Assembly (NCBI GenBank): GCA_964016885.1 | Contig: OZ024758.1 | Span: 17,980,001 to 18,044,000, forward strand | Origin: Eledone cirrhosa | Taxonomy: Eukaryota | Length of the DNA stretch: 64,000 nucleotides | Reading direction: 5' to 3' | Part shown: piece by piece, positions 12,039-25,951 of the stretch | How the letters are laid out: every line of letters begins with the position of its first letter | Numbering within the stretch: the stretch's first letter is position 1 | Translations under genes and position numbers: made by a program | The notes under the pieces: model-generated | Told to the model about the DNA's origin: nothing | The model's input: the letters and a program-made list of their open reading frames with translations, nothing else | Database searches by the model: none

Positions 12039-13033
12039 GTGAAAGAGTGAAGAATAACATGGTTAGCTGTACAAATAGGTTTTATTTATACTATTAACAA
12101 TTGTTTCAACCTGTAATTGGATTACGTTAAACGATACCTTATTATCCTATATATATATATATATATATATTTAATGTTCATGCAGGTAGGAATAATTAAG
12201 GACCTTCAAATGCCTCATTTTAAATCTAAACGTAATTCTTGTTATACAGCGACTCAATCAAACGCTAACTATAACTAGACAAATTCTGCGATAAGCACAA
12301 ACTAAATTTCAAACACGTCTTTACCTAACAGAACACAACCCTCGCAGCAAAAAAAGAAAGAAAAAGAAAAAAACAAAAAATCAAAGAACACCAGCCACAA
12401 TCTGCCGATTGCTAATATAACGGCATTGGACTTTATCAGCCTGTAGCTGTATTCCGTAGATTCTACGTTACACTTCTTATGCATATAGAAAGAGAAGTCT
12501 GCAGTTATTTCATAGACTTAACTAGCATATGTAATATATCCATGAGAAATGCCTGAAGTTATGATTCTGTACCAGACACGTTAGGTTATATTGTATTTAC
12601 ATATATCTAAGTGTGCTAATTCTTGGATTGTCATTATCCTCCATGCTGGCTAAATATCCCTAAACATGCCTTAAGTGAGAACAGTAATTCTCTGCACAAC
12701 CATGGCTATATTAGAGTGACTTCCCTCATCAAATTCTAATACGTTTCTAAGTCCCATCCACTTTACATCTACAATTCCCACAACTTGTGTATTTGCTAGA
12801 TACTCGTTGATTCTATTTTATGTGGGAATAATCTCAGGATCAATTCTACATAAATTACTCTTCTCTGAGAACAATTTAATTCTTTGCAATTACGTTTCCT
12901 TTGTGAATGTTTCAATTCCTTACACATTCCTTACGACTGTGTCGATTCTGCAAAACCAAACATTTTCGTAATCACGTGTAATCTAATGTTGTAGAATACA
13001 TTAAATACAAAAGCGTAACATATATGTAAGTTC

Positions 13034-13247
13034 GGTTTCTGAATAGGGCACAACCCAGCAATTTTGGGAGAGTGGATGATCGATCAGATCGACGCAAGTG
13101 CATTAACTGGTACTTTATTTTATCGACCTCGTAATGATGAAAGGCAAAGCTAACCTCGGCGGGATTTGAACTCAGATCGTAAAAATGCGAAACACTATAC
13201 CATATAGCATACTGCTTGACGTTCCACCGATACTGTCAATCAACTGC
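13034..13247 (-). mobile_element. SINE-A (longer, more diverged variant)
   Basis: Consensus body plus extra GATCGATCAGATCGAC segment. Confidence 0.75.
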
Positions 13248-13866
13248 CCCAATGTATGTAAATATTGCCAATAGTTGTTTGAATATTAAGATGAAATGAA
13301 CAAGCATTGCTTCCCTCTAACAGTGCAGTAAAAAAAATAAATTTATATTCAACTAGGTTTTATAGAACAGCCACAGACTAATTAAGGCAGAATCTAAATA
13401 ATCATTTGAAATGAGAATGTATTTCAGTAAATCATATGTTAATGTTAAATAAGATCAGATTTAACAGAGGCACAGAGCTAAAAATATATATATATTTCAG
13501 TCTATCAGAAGAATATAGTGATATACTTTCACTAGTATAGCACTAATCAATACTGAATAAACTAATAACTTTGGGTAATACATATTAATATGTTTTAAAG
13601 TGTAATTGCAAATAGTCACCCAAGAGATTTGAATCCATACAAATTTCAACTTAATATACACACAGCTTATACATATTTTAATAGATTTTCCTTACTTTAT
13701 AGACTTATACAAAGCAAACATTTACTACTGTATATATATATATATATATATATATAGTGTGTGTGTGAGTGTTATTATATAAATATAATGTGAGTACTAT
13801 TATATAAGTATAATCATGTATATATATATATATATATATATTATGCGTTTGTGTTATATAAATATA

Positions 13867-13950
<84 letters not shown>

Positions 13951-14877
13951 ATGTGTGGGAGGTAGATGTGGTGACATTGTAAAAAGTTAAATTTTATTAA
14001 CATTTTAGTTTCAAGAACTGACTTTACTCTCGGAATTTATTTCATTTTTTTTACGATATATGAACATTTTTGATATAAGAGATAAGCATTACATTTTAAT
14101 GGATAATATCTGTACACATATTTAACTGAAATAAATTTTATAGAATATAGTATTCATTAGGCAACATTAATGTTACTCGTATCGATTCTTATCTGTGTGT
14201 GTATGTCTCTGTATATCGTGTATGATTCTGTATGTCTCTGTATATCTATATATGCATGTGTGTTTGTTTTTGTTCCCGTCTGTATATGTCTGGATTTCTT
14301 TGCTTTAAATTTCACCTGTTTCTATATATTTTTTTCTTGGGGTACCTTCACAAATACGTCATTCTATGGTAGTTTTCCAGAGCAAGATTCTAAAGTTAAG
14401 GGCAATGGATTTAATAAATTTCATTTATAGACATTATTAGCTGAGATCTGATGTTACCAACATATTGCTCGTGTGTCAGTTGTCAATGAAATAATTAATA
14501 TTGGTGTTTATAAATTTGTAAAAACAATATACAATGAATTTGTCACAAAAAAAAACGTTTTAATTTAAAGTAACATCATTGGTATTAGGACGTTGGTTTG
14601 TACCATGACAAACACCAAGTTCGTAGCTTAGAAAAACACAACCAAAACAAACAAACTTTTTTATTTAACTTGTCACCTGATAGGAATGACAATTAATGAG
14701 GTGACCCTGAAGGATTAGAAATATATTGGTCGGAGTTCAAAATCAACAAAACATCATGCTAGGTGTTTTCATGGGTTAGTCTTCACTATTAACATCATAT
14801 ACTAGAAAATATCATAGCCTCCCAATTCAATGAGAATTACATGTTCGAATAGTACCAGATATAAAACTATGTAGGAA

Positions 14878-15060
14878 TAATCTTTTCTATTTTTGGCACA
14901 AGGCAAGCAATTACCCAGTCTATTACTGGTGCTTTATTTTATCAACCCCGTAAGGATTAAAAGCCAAGTTAACTTCGGCGGGATTAGAATTCAGACCATA
15001 AAGAGCTGTAACTCTTTGCTTCAAAGCATGGCGTACGACTCTCTACCGATACTGCCAATC
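14878..15060 (-). mobile_element. SINE-A
   Basis: Matches consensus. Confidence 0.8.
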
Positions 15061-16274
15061 AGGAATAATGTTGTTATTTCTTAATTAACACATGATTCAA
15101 AGTTTGGATATATCCTTCTTAAAGCTTCCTTGAATTTTCCGTCTGCCTGTACTATATGTAGAAATTATGGGATATGAAATACAATATATTTATTTCTGCT
15201 ATCTACACACTGGGCATTGCAAATATATAAACCGCTTTCGATACACCGGTACTATATGCATATATATACACATACAAATAGATATGTATGCATACAATCA
15301 CCCATATATAGACACAAGCATGTATACAACTACACGTACATACAACTACATATATAATCGTACACGTGTTCATTGCACAAAGAATAACTTTCCGCAATAG
15401 ACAAAGTTATGAAAAGAAAAGCATGATAAAACGTTTACGAATGCAATGTTTTACGAGTAAATATTTAAAAATGATATAACTTTGTAGCAAGTAGATAATA
15501 TGGGACTCATGCATAAAAATGAAAATATTTTATTGCGAGTAATATATTCTTTTGTGTGAGTTGTTAACACTTTTGCCTAGTAATTCAATATGTGATTAAT
15601 AAAACCGAATTATTGCAGGTACTGTTACGTTTTAGCAGAAAACACTCAAAACCTGAACATAAATGGCTCGTTTATTACCTAAAGTCTTATGGGAAATATA
15701 CAACGTTCATGTTTTAGATATGTTTCAAATGTTTCAGCTTCATAAAGTATTTAACAACAACTGAATGTGAGGCTAACGCATGGCTCAAACGAAATAAATC
15801 CTAAATTAAATATATAGTCTTTCCTTTCAAAACAAATGCAATATTTGTCTAAAATATTGCGAAGATAACTCTACCAGTAAAAACGATACAATATATAGAG
15901 ATTTTTCTCATGTCGAATGCTATTATTACAATATCCAAAATCAAAATACTTGCCACAAATATATAACCGTATACTGTTAGCGGTGTACAACAAACTTTGC
16001 ATTATATAGGTAATTTCCATCACATACTTTGTTCATAATATGTGATCATAGCTTTAGAATGAATGTTGTTAGATAAAATAGTTATTTCGTATATGATATA
16101 CGGAAAATATTGTTTCAGTAGATACGCGAATTTTAATGATGAGAACGCGATATCTTTTCATTGGAACAACAATCAATGTATTTTCAAACCATTTATATCC
16201 TATGTCAATATGAATTGTTTTCGTATTTTTAATCTTACAGCACTCCGCAATATTTTAACTTGTATTATTTTCAA

Positions 16275-16455
16275 GGCAGTATCGGTAGAGGGTCGGACGC
16301 CACGCTTTGACGCATAGATCTACGGCCCTTGCCATTCTGAGTTCAAATCCCACCGAGGTTAACTTTGCCTTTCCTCCTTACGGGGTCGATAAAATAAAGT
16401 ACCAGTAATGCAGTGGGACAATTGCTGGCCTTGTGGCAAAATAGAAACAATTATT
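16275..16455 (+). mobile_element. SINE-A
   Basis: Matches consensus. Confidence 0.85.
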
Positions 16456-17961
16456 AGTTGAGTACTACGAAGATGTAGACGCAAACGTTTGACCTAATTT
16501 GGATTCTAGACGCATTACGCTTTTAGTTCTGTTTATATTCACTGATTCCAAATCGGCTGTGTCTAATAAACTACCATCGAATTTCTAAATACAAATGTGT
16601 TAAATCATCACATTCACACTTGAACTACGCCGAATACAAGATACTGGAATATTTAAACAACTTTTCTACTCCTCCATTGTAGAGCAACTTCAAATATAGT
16701 GCTTATAAACTACATACTATTTCCCATTTAAATGTCTTTCTCTCTCTCTCCGAATAACATTCACCCAGTTTTCCTCAGTCTAAACATACAATTATACTGC
16801 GTTGACAATGAAATCGTTTCCTTGAATATAGTGACAAGTAAAACCGGATATTAAAAGTGCAATTAGACAATAGAACTATCGCTTAGTCTGGAGTGATAAG
16901 TAATACTTTCACGTTTCGGCACAATGCCAATTGTTATGAGAATAGCTTAAAATATATATGAAAACAAGATTATGTACTGTTTCGAGTGTGATTTTATCAA
17001 GGGTATGACAACTCTATTATTTTCGTTTCGGTAAATGTATATATTAAACATTATAGCGAGTATCATTTACGAATATATAACTTCTAAAAATAATTGCTGC
17101 AGTCAGAAAGCAAATACTTTTAATTAAATAATTCTTAGATAAATATGAAAATGCGGAATTATCAATACGAGAATAGTATTAGTAATATGCTTTCGTTCAA
17201 GTCGGAATGAGGAAATAACAAATGCTCACTAGCAAATTCTATAAGTAAATATTTAAAAAAATCAAAACGATATAATTGCCATTAAGTCATATTTTCTCAT
17301 GTATATTTGTCTGACCTAGATGAAGATAATTTTCATATATTCCCGGAACTAGGTTTCAATCCCAATAACCACAGTTTATTTTATTACATAGAATAGCGAT
17401 TCCTCCATATTCCAGAGAATAAGCCAACATAGATAATGTGAGGTGTATAACATTAGATGCCACTTCTGGATTGAATTCAATGCCATTATCCAAGCCTGTA
17501 AATATTTTAGACACAAAATATAAAATAGTGATATGGAAGGTCTTAAAGCCTAATCGATAATTATACGGCGTAATCGATATTAATCATAAGTAGTACTCAG
17601 GCACTAAATAAATAATAATATTTAACTATATAAATATATTAATATATGCAGAATAATAATAAGGAAATTATTATTACGTAGAACATGAGGTACTACAAGG
17701 TTACATATATGAAGGTTTAAATAAATAATAGATTGCCAATTTCGTTTCCTATAAAACAGAGAAGAAAATGTTCTTAAGAGAAATAAATATATGTTAAACA
17801 AAAGTATACAATTTTTCTTTAATTTCCATGAAACACATCTTACAGGTATGTCTAAAGAAAATCATTTCGTTGAAATTCGTAATTAATTTCGGAAGTAGTT
17901 CCGTGTATGCAGGTTCTTGATAAAGATAAATCTTATTTCCTACTGATTGCTATATGCTATT

Positions 17962-18128
17962 TGCAGTATTGTTAGAGGGTCAGACGTCCTGCTTTGCAGC
18001 ATGGAGTTACGGAACTTAACGATTTAAGTTCAAATCCCGCGGAGGTTTTCTTTGCCTTTCATCCTTACGGGGTCGATAAAATAAAGTACTGGGATAATTG
18101 CTGGCCTTGTGCCAAAAGTAGAAACAAG
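17962..18128 (+). mobile_element. SINE-A
   Basis: Matches consensus. Confidence 0.8.
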
Positions 18129-18852
18129 TATTACAGTTCCAAACTCTGGATCCTTGTCGTATGTTTGTAACACGTCATTCCCGTTCTTACTCAATAGCTC
18201 TGATCTAATAATGACCCAATCTGTAATGAATCAGAAACTGCCACGTCTAAATGTGTAATCCTTCTCAATTACGATAAATTTGTCAGAAATAATGGGTTTT
18301 ATTATTCCTTCCCAAAATATCTGGCTGATCCGACGTGAATACATCAAGGATAAGACGTAAGTTTTTGTAATGTAATGAAAAGGGTTAAAACCCTCTCAAG
18401 AATTACTATTCTTAGCATATAATGAAGCCACATTATATACTTATCTGCGTCTTATTTTTATGTATAACATTAGCTGGCTTCTAGACCTGGGGCTCCTTTG
18501 TGACACATTGCTCGAATATTGCTCTTCACACCTTATCGTTCTATATGTTCCTATTAACATGTGTATGTTATTCTACAATAACGCTGATTCCAGTGCTTGA
18601 ATCAAATTAATTCCTTTTAATTAAATTAAGCTGATTCATCCAATTTTTTATTTTTACATATAACAACACATTTTCTTAAACAAAAAACCAACGCCTTCAC
18701 AGTTGGAGGAACGGAAACCATAAACAAGGTAAAATGAAGAGAACAATAAATAAAATAATTAAATATATGCATTTTGTAAGATGGAGGAAATAAAGACCGT
18801 TTCTTGTTTTCCATTAAAAATGTTAATTTATATCAAAGATATTTACGTCGAG

Positions 18853-19142
18853 TGAAGGCGCTCGGCTTAATGGTTAGAGCAATGGGCTTACAATTGTGAG
18901 ATTGATAGTTCGAATCTCGGGCTTTGTGTTGTGTTCTTGAGTAAGACACTTTATTTCACGTTGCTGTATTTCAGTTTACTCAGCTGTATAAATAAGTTGT
19001 GGCGTCAGTGTGCCAATCTGTATCGGCCATTGCCTTTCCCTTGTACAACATCATATATATAGTGTATATATAATGTATCTATATGAGTTGCAACGTTACT
19101 GGTGCCAAGCTACATTGGGCATTGCCTTTCCCTTGGATAACA
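18853..19142 (+). mobile_element. SINE-B (tRNA-derived) with duplicated 3' piece
   Basis: A box GGCTTAATGGTTAGAGC, B box AGTTCGAATC, body GTGTTCTTGAGTAAGACACTTTATTTCACGTTGCT; CATTGCCTTTCCCTTG occurs twice. Confidence 0.75.
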
Positions 19143-19166
19143 ACATATACACAGTGTATATAAATA

Positions 19167-19342
19167 CATGGACACACTAGAAGAGGAAGACCAAGGTTAA
19201 CATATGTTGATGCCCTAAGGACAGACACTGGTCTGTTGGAGATGCAGGATATGGCAGCGATAATGAGGGACAGAGACCGCTGGAGAGAACTCGTCCATGG
19301 ATCTCGGGAATTTTACACGCCTTAGATAGATAGATAGATAGA
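19167..19342 (+). mobile_element. RTE-type LINE 3' end (5'-truncated)
   Basis: Open frame 19167-19325 HGHTRRGRPRLTYVDALRTDTGLLEMQDMAAIMRDRDRWRELVHGSREFYTP*, followed directly by (TAGA)n tail. Confidence 0.8.
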
Positions 19343-19351
19343 TATATATAT

Positions 19352-19424
19352 AACGAATGAGTTGTGGTAAGAAACCAGATGGACCATAACGCATCATATA
19401 CACAGTGTATATATATATATAGTG

Positions 19425-19474
<50 letters not shown>

Positions 19475-19652
19475 CGAAGGAGTTGTGCTAAGAAACCTGA
19501 TGCACCATAACGCATCACAATACTCAAAACTTAGGGTAGTAGAGTTGGTTATAGGAACATGTTTACGGTCTAAGTTCAAATCCGCCGAGGTTAACTTTGC
19601 CTTTCATCCTTACGTGGTTGATACAATAAAGTACCAGTAATGCACTGGGGTA
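19352..19652. mobile_element. Two family E tails (minus, 19352-19395 and 19473-19560) fused to a partial SINE-A (plus, 19560-19652)
   Basis: AACGAAGGAG...GAAACCAGATGGACC tail motifs; SINE-A B box and body follow. Confidence 0.65.
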
Positions 19653-19907
19653 ATACACTTTTCTTGTGCAAGTTAACTAGACATACTTTTCTTATATTAA
19701 TATTGTGATTAGAATGTCTGAATATAGTTGACCTGGTGTCAGGTTTCAAACGAGTATTCGTGTTGTAGTGTGGCATTTATAAATAGTCACGAACTATAGG
19801 TAAAGAAGCCCTACCCGCGATCCAGTAGCAGTATATCTGCTATACGAGTAACTGAAAAATAAGCTATATCAAGCGAAACCATATATCTGGTGAAGTTATG
19901 AAATATA

Positions 19908-19960
<53 letters not shown>

Positions 19961-20074
19961 TTGCCAGCAAACAAGGTGTCTGCAATATTTCCACTATAAG
20001 GAGTGGAAGGAAGTGATAGGAACAGATAAAGGGAAGAAGAAAAGAAAAAGGAAGAATATATATATATATATATA

Positions 20075-20523
20075 TGATAATAAGGGCGCTGCGGAGTTGC
20101 ATATGGGTTACATATGAAACAAGTTTGTCCTTCATCAGTGATCTTCCAACTATCATAGGTATTTCATCGCTTTAAGGACCATATACCTCCGGTTGGTGCG
20201 AGCAACGGCTAAAAAAAGTCGTTGGGACACGTAAATATAGGGGACGCGAGGGTAAAGAAACAAAATGGTGAGGCAACAGAAAGTGAGGAAGGAGGAAACA
20301 AGTCCCAGATTTCTATGAATTTAAGTTCGGTGAAATCGTGAACGAGAGAATAAAGACCATCAATCTGTTGCCTCACCATTTTGTTTGTTTACCCTCGCGT
20401 CCGCTTTATTTACGTGTCCCAACGACTTTTTTTAGCCGTTGCTCGCACCAACCGGAGGTATATGGTCTTTAAAGCCATGACATACCTATCATAGTTGGAA
20501 GATCACTGATGAAGGACAAACTT

Positions 20524-20530
<7 letters not shown>
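20075..20530 (-). mobile_element. Fold-back element, family D, in (TA)n
   Basis: ~168-bp inverted arms 20113-20281 / 20363-20530; CTGATGA in both arms; diverged relative at 31610-31718. Confidence 0.75.
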
Positions 20531-20562
<32 letters not shown>

Positions 20563-20578
20563 AACATGGGTGTGTATT

Positions 20579-20625
<47 letters not shown>

Positions 20626-20666
20626 CGAGAGAGCGATAAACGTGTGTGTATTTGTATATATATATA

Positions 20667-20737
<71 letters not shown>

Positions 20738-20786
20738 ATATATATATATATTCGTATGTGTATATATATTTGTGTGCGTGTATATA

Positions 20787-20841
<55 letters not shown>

Positions 20842-21386
20842 ATATATATATATATTTGTGTATGTATATATACAATATATATTCAATGATTTGATCACAA
20901 TAAAATGGCCTTATTAAAGTGCTAAGTCTCTCTGATATTTTTATTGCTTCATAAAATCATATCATATAATCTGGCTGTCCGTTAAATAGAGTCTTCTAGA
21001 AAATCTAATATTTCAAAGGTAGCTTGTTGATAAATATTAGAATATATCTGTCACGTTCCTTGTAACGATCAATACTTTCTCCCTGCCTCTGCATAAAAAT
21101 ATATGTATAGAACTATATAGCCAAAGCCCAATAACAATCTTATTTCTATATTTCGTTTTAATATAATGGTTAAGGAATTGTATTTGAAGTCTTTTTTCCT
21201 GTACAATTGAAACAATTATCCCCTGTTGCTGTTTAATGAAAACCAGAAGATTCTTAGAACTACTTGATCAAAGGTGTATTGTAAGTAACTTTACGAATTA
21301 TTCAATATCCCTCTATTAGAAATATTCTCGTTGCTATTTCAAAATAAAACACGTACAAACTCATACTCATTCGTACATGCTCGCAC

Positions 21387-21436
<50 letters not shown>

Positions 21437-21439
<3 letters not shown>

Positions 21440-21590
21440 GTTATTCCGGGTTGAATCGGAGGTAACCACAGTAAGTAAGGTACTCAATACATAGCAGAGT
21501 ATAACAGTTTTAATATAGATGAGATTCTATATAGATGAGATTCCTGATGATTTCTAATGAATGAAACAGTTCTAGTCCTGTAGAATCTCA

Positions 21591-21597
<7 letters not shown>
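21437..21597. mobile_element. Penelope-like family C element in (TA)n
   Basis: Tail on minus strand 21437-21527 joined to an inverted arm carrying a hammerhead. Confidence 0.75.
21531..21595 (+). ncRNA. Type I hammerhead ribozyme
   Basis: ATAGATGAGATTC-CTGATGA(21544-50)-TTTC/TAAT/GAAT-GAAA(21563-66)-CAG/loop/CTG-TA-GAATCTCATCTAT; GUA triplet. Confidence 0.75.
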
Positions 21598-21640
<43 letters not shown>

Positions 21641-21899
21641 GTATGTATGTGTATGTATATAAGTATGTGTATGTGTGTATATATATCTATGGATATGGGT
21701 GTGTGTATATATGTACGTGTGTATGTGTATACGTATGTGTGTGTGTATGTACATACGTAAGTGTGTATGTATATATATATATATATGTGTGGGTGTATGC
21801 ATATATATGTGGGTGTATGTATATATGTGTGTGTATGTATATGTGTGCGTATGTATATATAAATGTGTGTGTATGTATATATACATATATATATACATA

Positions 21900-22128
21900 C
21901 GGCACAGGCATTGCTTTATATCTGGAGATCTCTCTGCACTTGTCGTCACATAGTACCATGGGCCCAGTACTGTGTGTCAATAATTGTCACAAGTGTAGTG
22001 TTTGTACCAGGGTTTTCAAGTCGCTGGCTGGACTAAAAAGTCACACTCGTTCAGCGCATCGGTAGGGGTTCTCCTACATGGATATAAAGTAGTGGCCGTA
22101 CTTGAAAACGAGTTGGCAGCCACCACCA
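21900..22128 (+). mobile_element. Probable RTE-clade LINE 3' end with terminal C2H2 zinc finger
   Basis: HKCSVCTRVFKSLAGLKSHTRSAHR* (C-x2-C-x12-H-x4-H) ending at 22065, short 3' UTR, then (CCA)/(TA) repeats. Confidence 0.6.
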
Positions 22129-22184
22129 TATATATATATATAAAATCTAATATAATGCAGCCTACCCCATCCACCTCAAAGCAA

Positions 22185-22385
22185 GTTATACAGAGAAAGA
22201 TAAATTGGTTCAATCGTGTAATAAACCTGACGCATTTACAATTTCAAGTAAGTTCTTACCGAGCCTAATTAGACGACACAATCTGACAACCAGAAATAGT
22301 ATTTTTTCCTCAGTTCCCAATATTAGCCCTCCCTCTCTTGGTAGCATCATTTCTAATATTGCACGCTACAACCGAGAAACACATG
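22185..22385 (+). pseudogene. Decayed Penelope-like ORF linker region
   Basis: Frameshifted QRKINWFN...ISSKFLPSLIRRH...PSLGSIIS resembles the recalled PLE RKIIWFNPP..KFL.LI.KH..PN...II motif. Confidence 0.45.
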
Positions 22386-22531
22386 CACGCTCAGAGTAAT
22401 TAAAACATGTCATCTCTTCGCTGTATACCTCTTCTCAAATAATACTTTCGACATATCCATCCTTTCACACACATGCACAATCACAAACACATATATGCAT
22501 ACCTATACACATAGACACACACACATATATA

Positions 22532-22576
<45 letters not shown>

Positions 22577-22597
22577 GTATGTATATATATACATATG

Positions 22598-22661
<64 letters not shown>

Positions 22662-22755
22662 GGTGTGTCTATTTGCTCTACGGTTCTTATATAGATGATA
22701 TATATTTATCCTTATCGAGCCCTCTTTGGATTTTTGTCTTCAAATTTATTATTAT

Positions 22756-22796
<41 letters not shown>

Positions 22797-22829
22797 TATG
22801 TGCATATATGTATGTATGTATGTATATTT

Positions 22830-22887
<58 letters not shown>

Positions 22888-23100
22888 GTGTATGTGTGTG
22901 TGTATATCCTTTTCTCACTAGTCAGTTCTTTCGTTGCTACAGATCACGCGGCTGAATTAGCGGTCGCTATTTTCAATTTGCAAAGCCCTTTAAACTGATG
23001 TCTATTCCTTGTCGAGTGCTTGGCTGCACTGCTGGAGGTATTCGTTGGCTTAGCTGCTGATCGAACTTCGAATATGCTGTACTATTGTATATATATATAG

Positions 23101-23353
23101 TTATACTTGGGGAGGGTCATATTGTTGTAATATTGCCAGAAATAATAACAGAACACACTCACTGTTTGGTTGGCTTTCGCTTCTGTATCTTTTATTTCTC
23201 CATAGTTGATTTGTTTGGCAATCAATATTTATCATTGATTGACCAGCGGTTAAAAATATAGATATAAATCTATATAGACTATCAAAGTTCTTTCTTTGCT
23301 TATTTGTTATAATTTCTGGCAATATTACAACAATACGACCATCCCCAAGTATG
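23101..23353. repeat. Inverted repeat (~50-bp arms, ~155-bp spacer) next to (TA)n
   Basis: TTATACTTGGGGA...AATAACA / TGTTATAA...TCCCCAAGTATGA. Confidence 0.75.
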
Positions 23354-23435
23354 ACAATATTTGTTTCAACACACGATTTCAGATAGAAAAAACCTTGCGA
23401 TATATATATATATATATATATATATATTTCGTTTC

Positions 23436-23516
<81 letters not shown>

Positions 23517-23668
23517 ACTGTATATATGTGATAACTGTATATGTAATAACTGTAATCTGAGTTTTTCGAATATTAATGATAATATTCGATTCGGTTGCAA
23601 TTATGCGAACAACCCTCTTTTTAAAGCCATGTCAGTAGAATGAACCGCTCTTTCTCGGTCTCGTGTTA

Positions 23669-23750
<82 letters not shown>

Positions 23751-24220
23751 GTGTGTAAATGGGTGTTATGCATTTCCGTAGAAAAGGCAAAGGAAAGAAT
23801 ATATATATATAGATATACTTTAAAATATTAGACATCATGAAAATCATTTGATACTTCAAACACAGTTTTCTTTGCAAATACCAATTCAAACCTTGTCTAT
23901 ATGTATTGGGCACTCTTGCAGTTCTTAGTTGTATTTCTATATTTCGGTACGGAGGAACTTATATAATGATAAGAGATTGTAGGTGTGAGTTAGAATGATT
24001 TTTTATAGTGGTGAGGCTTTTTGATTTTATCGTATTTGGATGTTATTTATATAATTGTCAGCATGCATATATGATTGCGTGTTTGTAGTTATGTACTCTG
24101 ATGAGTGATATGAAATGAGATGTAAGATTGTTTTATATATATTTTCTTAGTATCTGTCAAATTGTTGGTTTGTGGTATAGGCGGAGCATAACGACAAACG
24201 ATTTATCGCTGCAGTATTGG

Positions 24221-24287
<67 letters not shown>

Positions 24288-24742
24288 CTGTGTATCTTAC
24301 CTGCTTGTAATGAATGTCAGAATAAAAAGGAAATATTTGAATGTGAGGTGAAATAGTGACATGTATCAAACGAATCTATTAAAAATATCAATGCATCTAT
24401 GATCTGAAGCTTTTCACAAAAATCAAGTTACAGGGTATATTAGTGTGTGGGAAAGAAGTGTGTGTTTGTGCCCTTGTGTATGTGTGTGTATTTGTGTGTG
24501 TGCGAAATTCATGTTGGCCTTGGAATGTGGAGACTTTAAAAAAGGTTTTATGGTATATAATATTTTCAGCGATTTTATTGGTGGAGTTTTGAATATATTA
24601 TTTTCTTTTTTACTGGTTTCTCGTATTGAATTATGAAAGGAAATCACTGAAAAGAGGGAGATATTGAATCATACAAGCACCTTAAAACGATTGTATAAAT
24701 GCTTGTCTCTACCTTAAATGATGGTGTTTTAAAAGTATGACG

Positions 24743-24838
<96 letters not shown>

Positions 24839-24925
24839 AATAAATAATCGAGAATCGAAATCTCAGCCCACGAAATCACGAAACACAATCTTCGAAATAT
24901 GTGGCAGAGGGCTCAATAGTTTGGG

Positions 24926-24987
<62 letters not shown>

Positions 24988-24990
<3 letters not shown>

Positions 24991-25133
24991 AAAATGTTTG
25001 AACCCTACGGCAGAGCTCAAGCCGTTTCGACAGCTATTTCTGAACCAACTTCCTATTACCCACTCTACTACCCTGAGTATTGAGTACTCTGTGGCGTTAT
25101 GGTCCATCTGGTTCCTCACCACACCTCCTACGT
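24988..25133. mobile_element. Penelope-like family E fragment (inverted piece plus tail)
   Basis: Homologous to 61462-61652; between (TA)n tracts. Confidence 0.75.
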
Positions 25134-25194
25134 TATATATATATATATATGAATGATATTAATAAATGGAAACTATATTTATAAAATCATATTT

Positions 25195-25253
25195 ATTTCA
25201 TTATATATATTTCAGGGGTACCAACAACTTTGGTACGCTCTCATCAGATAAAA
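25195..25253 (-). ncRNA. Type I minimal hammerhead ribozyme (family A-like element ~25155-25320)
   Basis: Minus strand TTTTAT-CTGATGA-GAGCGTACCA/TGGTACCCCT-GAAA-TATATA-TA-ATGAAA. Confidence 0.7.
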
Positions 25254-25480
25254 TACATAATTGGTTTTATAAATAGTGACATACTCCTGAAACCAGACCT
25301 TATCGGTTCAGGTTTCCTTTGGATAGTGAAAGGAAAAAAAGAAAAAAAATTCAAATCTTTCGGATGGATATGTAAATGAAGTAGAAGCGTAGACTGAAAC
25401 AATCGTTATATTTAGACGCTAGTTAAAGTAAAATAATTATTAGGATACTTTATAAAGGAAGAAGAAAGAGAGGCTAATAT

Positions 25481-25669
25481 TAATTGTTTCTACTATTGGC
25501 ACAAGGCCAGAAATTCCCCAGTACATTACTGGTACTTTATTTTATCGACCCCGTAAGGATGAAAGGCAAAGTTAACCTCGGCGGGATTTGAACTCAGAAT
25601 GGCAAGGGCCGTAACTCTATGCGTCAAAGCATGGCGTCCGACCCTCTACCGATACTGCCAATCCACCGC
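25481..25669 (-). mobile_element. SINE-A
   Basis: Near-consensus full-length copy. Confidence 0.9.
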
Positions 25670-25761
25670 AATATTAATATTAGGGTATAAGTAAATTTAA
25701 AAATTAAAAATGTGTTGAAGTGGTAGAATACTAATCCAAATTATTTTAAATATATAACCAA

Positions 25762-25951
25762 ATAATTGTTTCTACGTTAGGCACAAGGCCAGCAAATACC
25801 CAGTGCATTACTGGTACTTTATTTTATCAACCCCGCACGGATGAACTGCAAAGTTAATCTTGGCGGGATTTGAACTCAGAATGGCAAGGGCCGTAATTCT
25901 ATACGCCAAAGCATGGCGTCCGACCCTCTACCAATACTGCCAATCCACCGC
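25762..25951 (-). mobile_element. SINE-A
   Basis: Full-length; AACCAAATAAT repeated at both flanks (TSD-like). Confidence 0.9.

Noticed and set aside
12540-12960. Possible old LINE fragment on minus strand
   Set aside because: Only faint motif resemblance across many stops
24090-24130. CTGATGA...GAAA hammerhead candidate
   Set aside because: Could not form stems I and III or place a UH triplet
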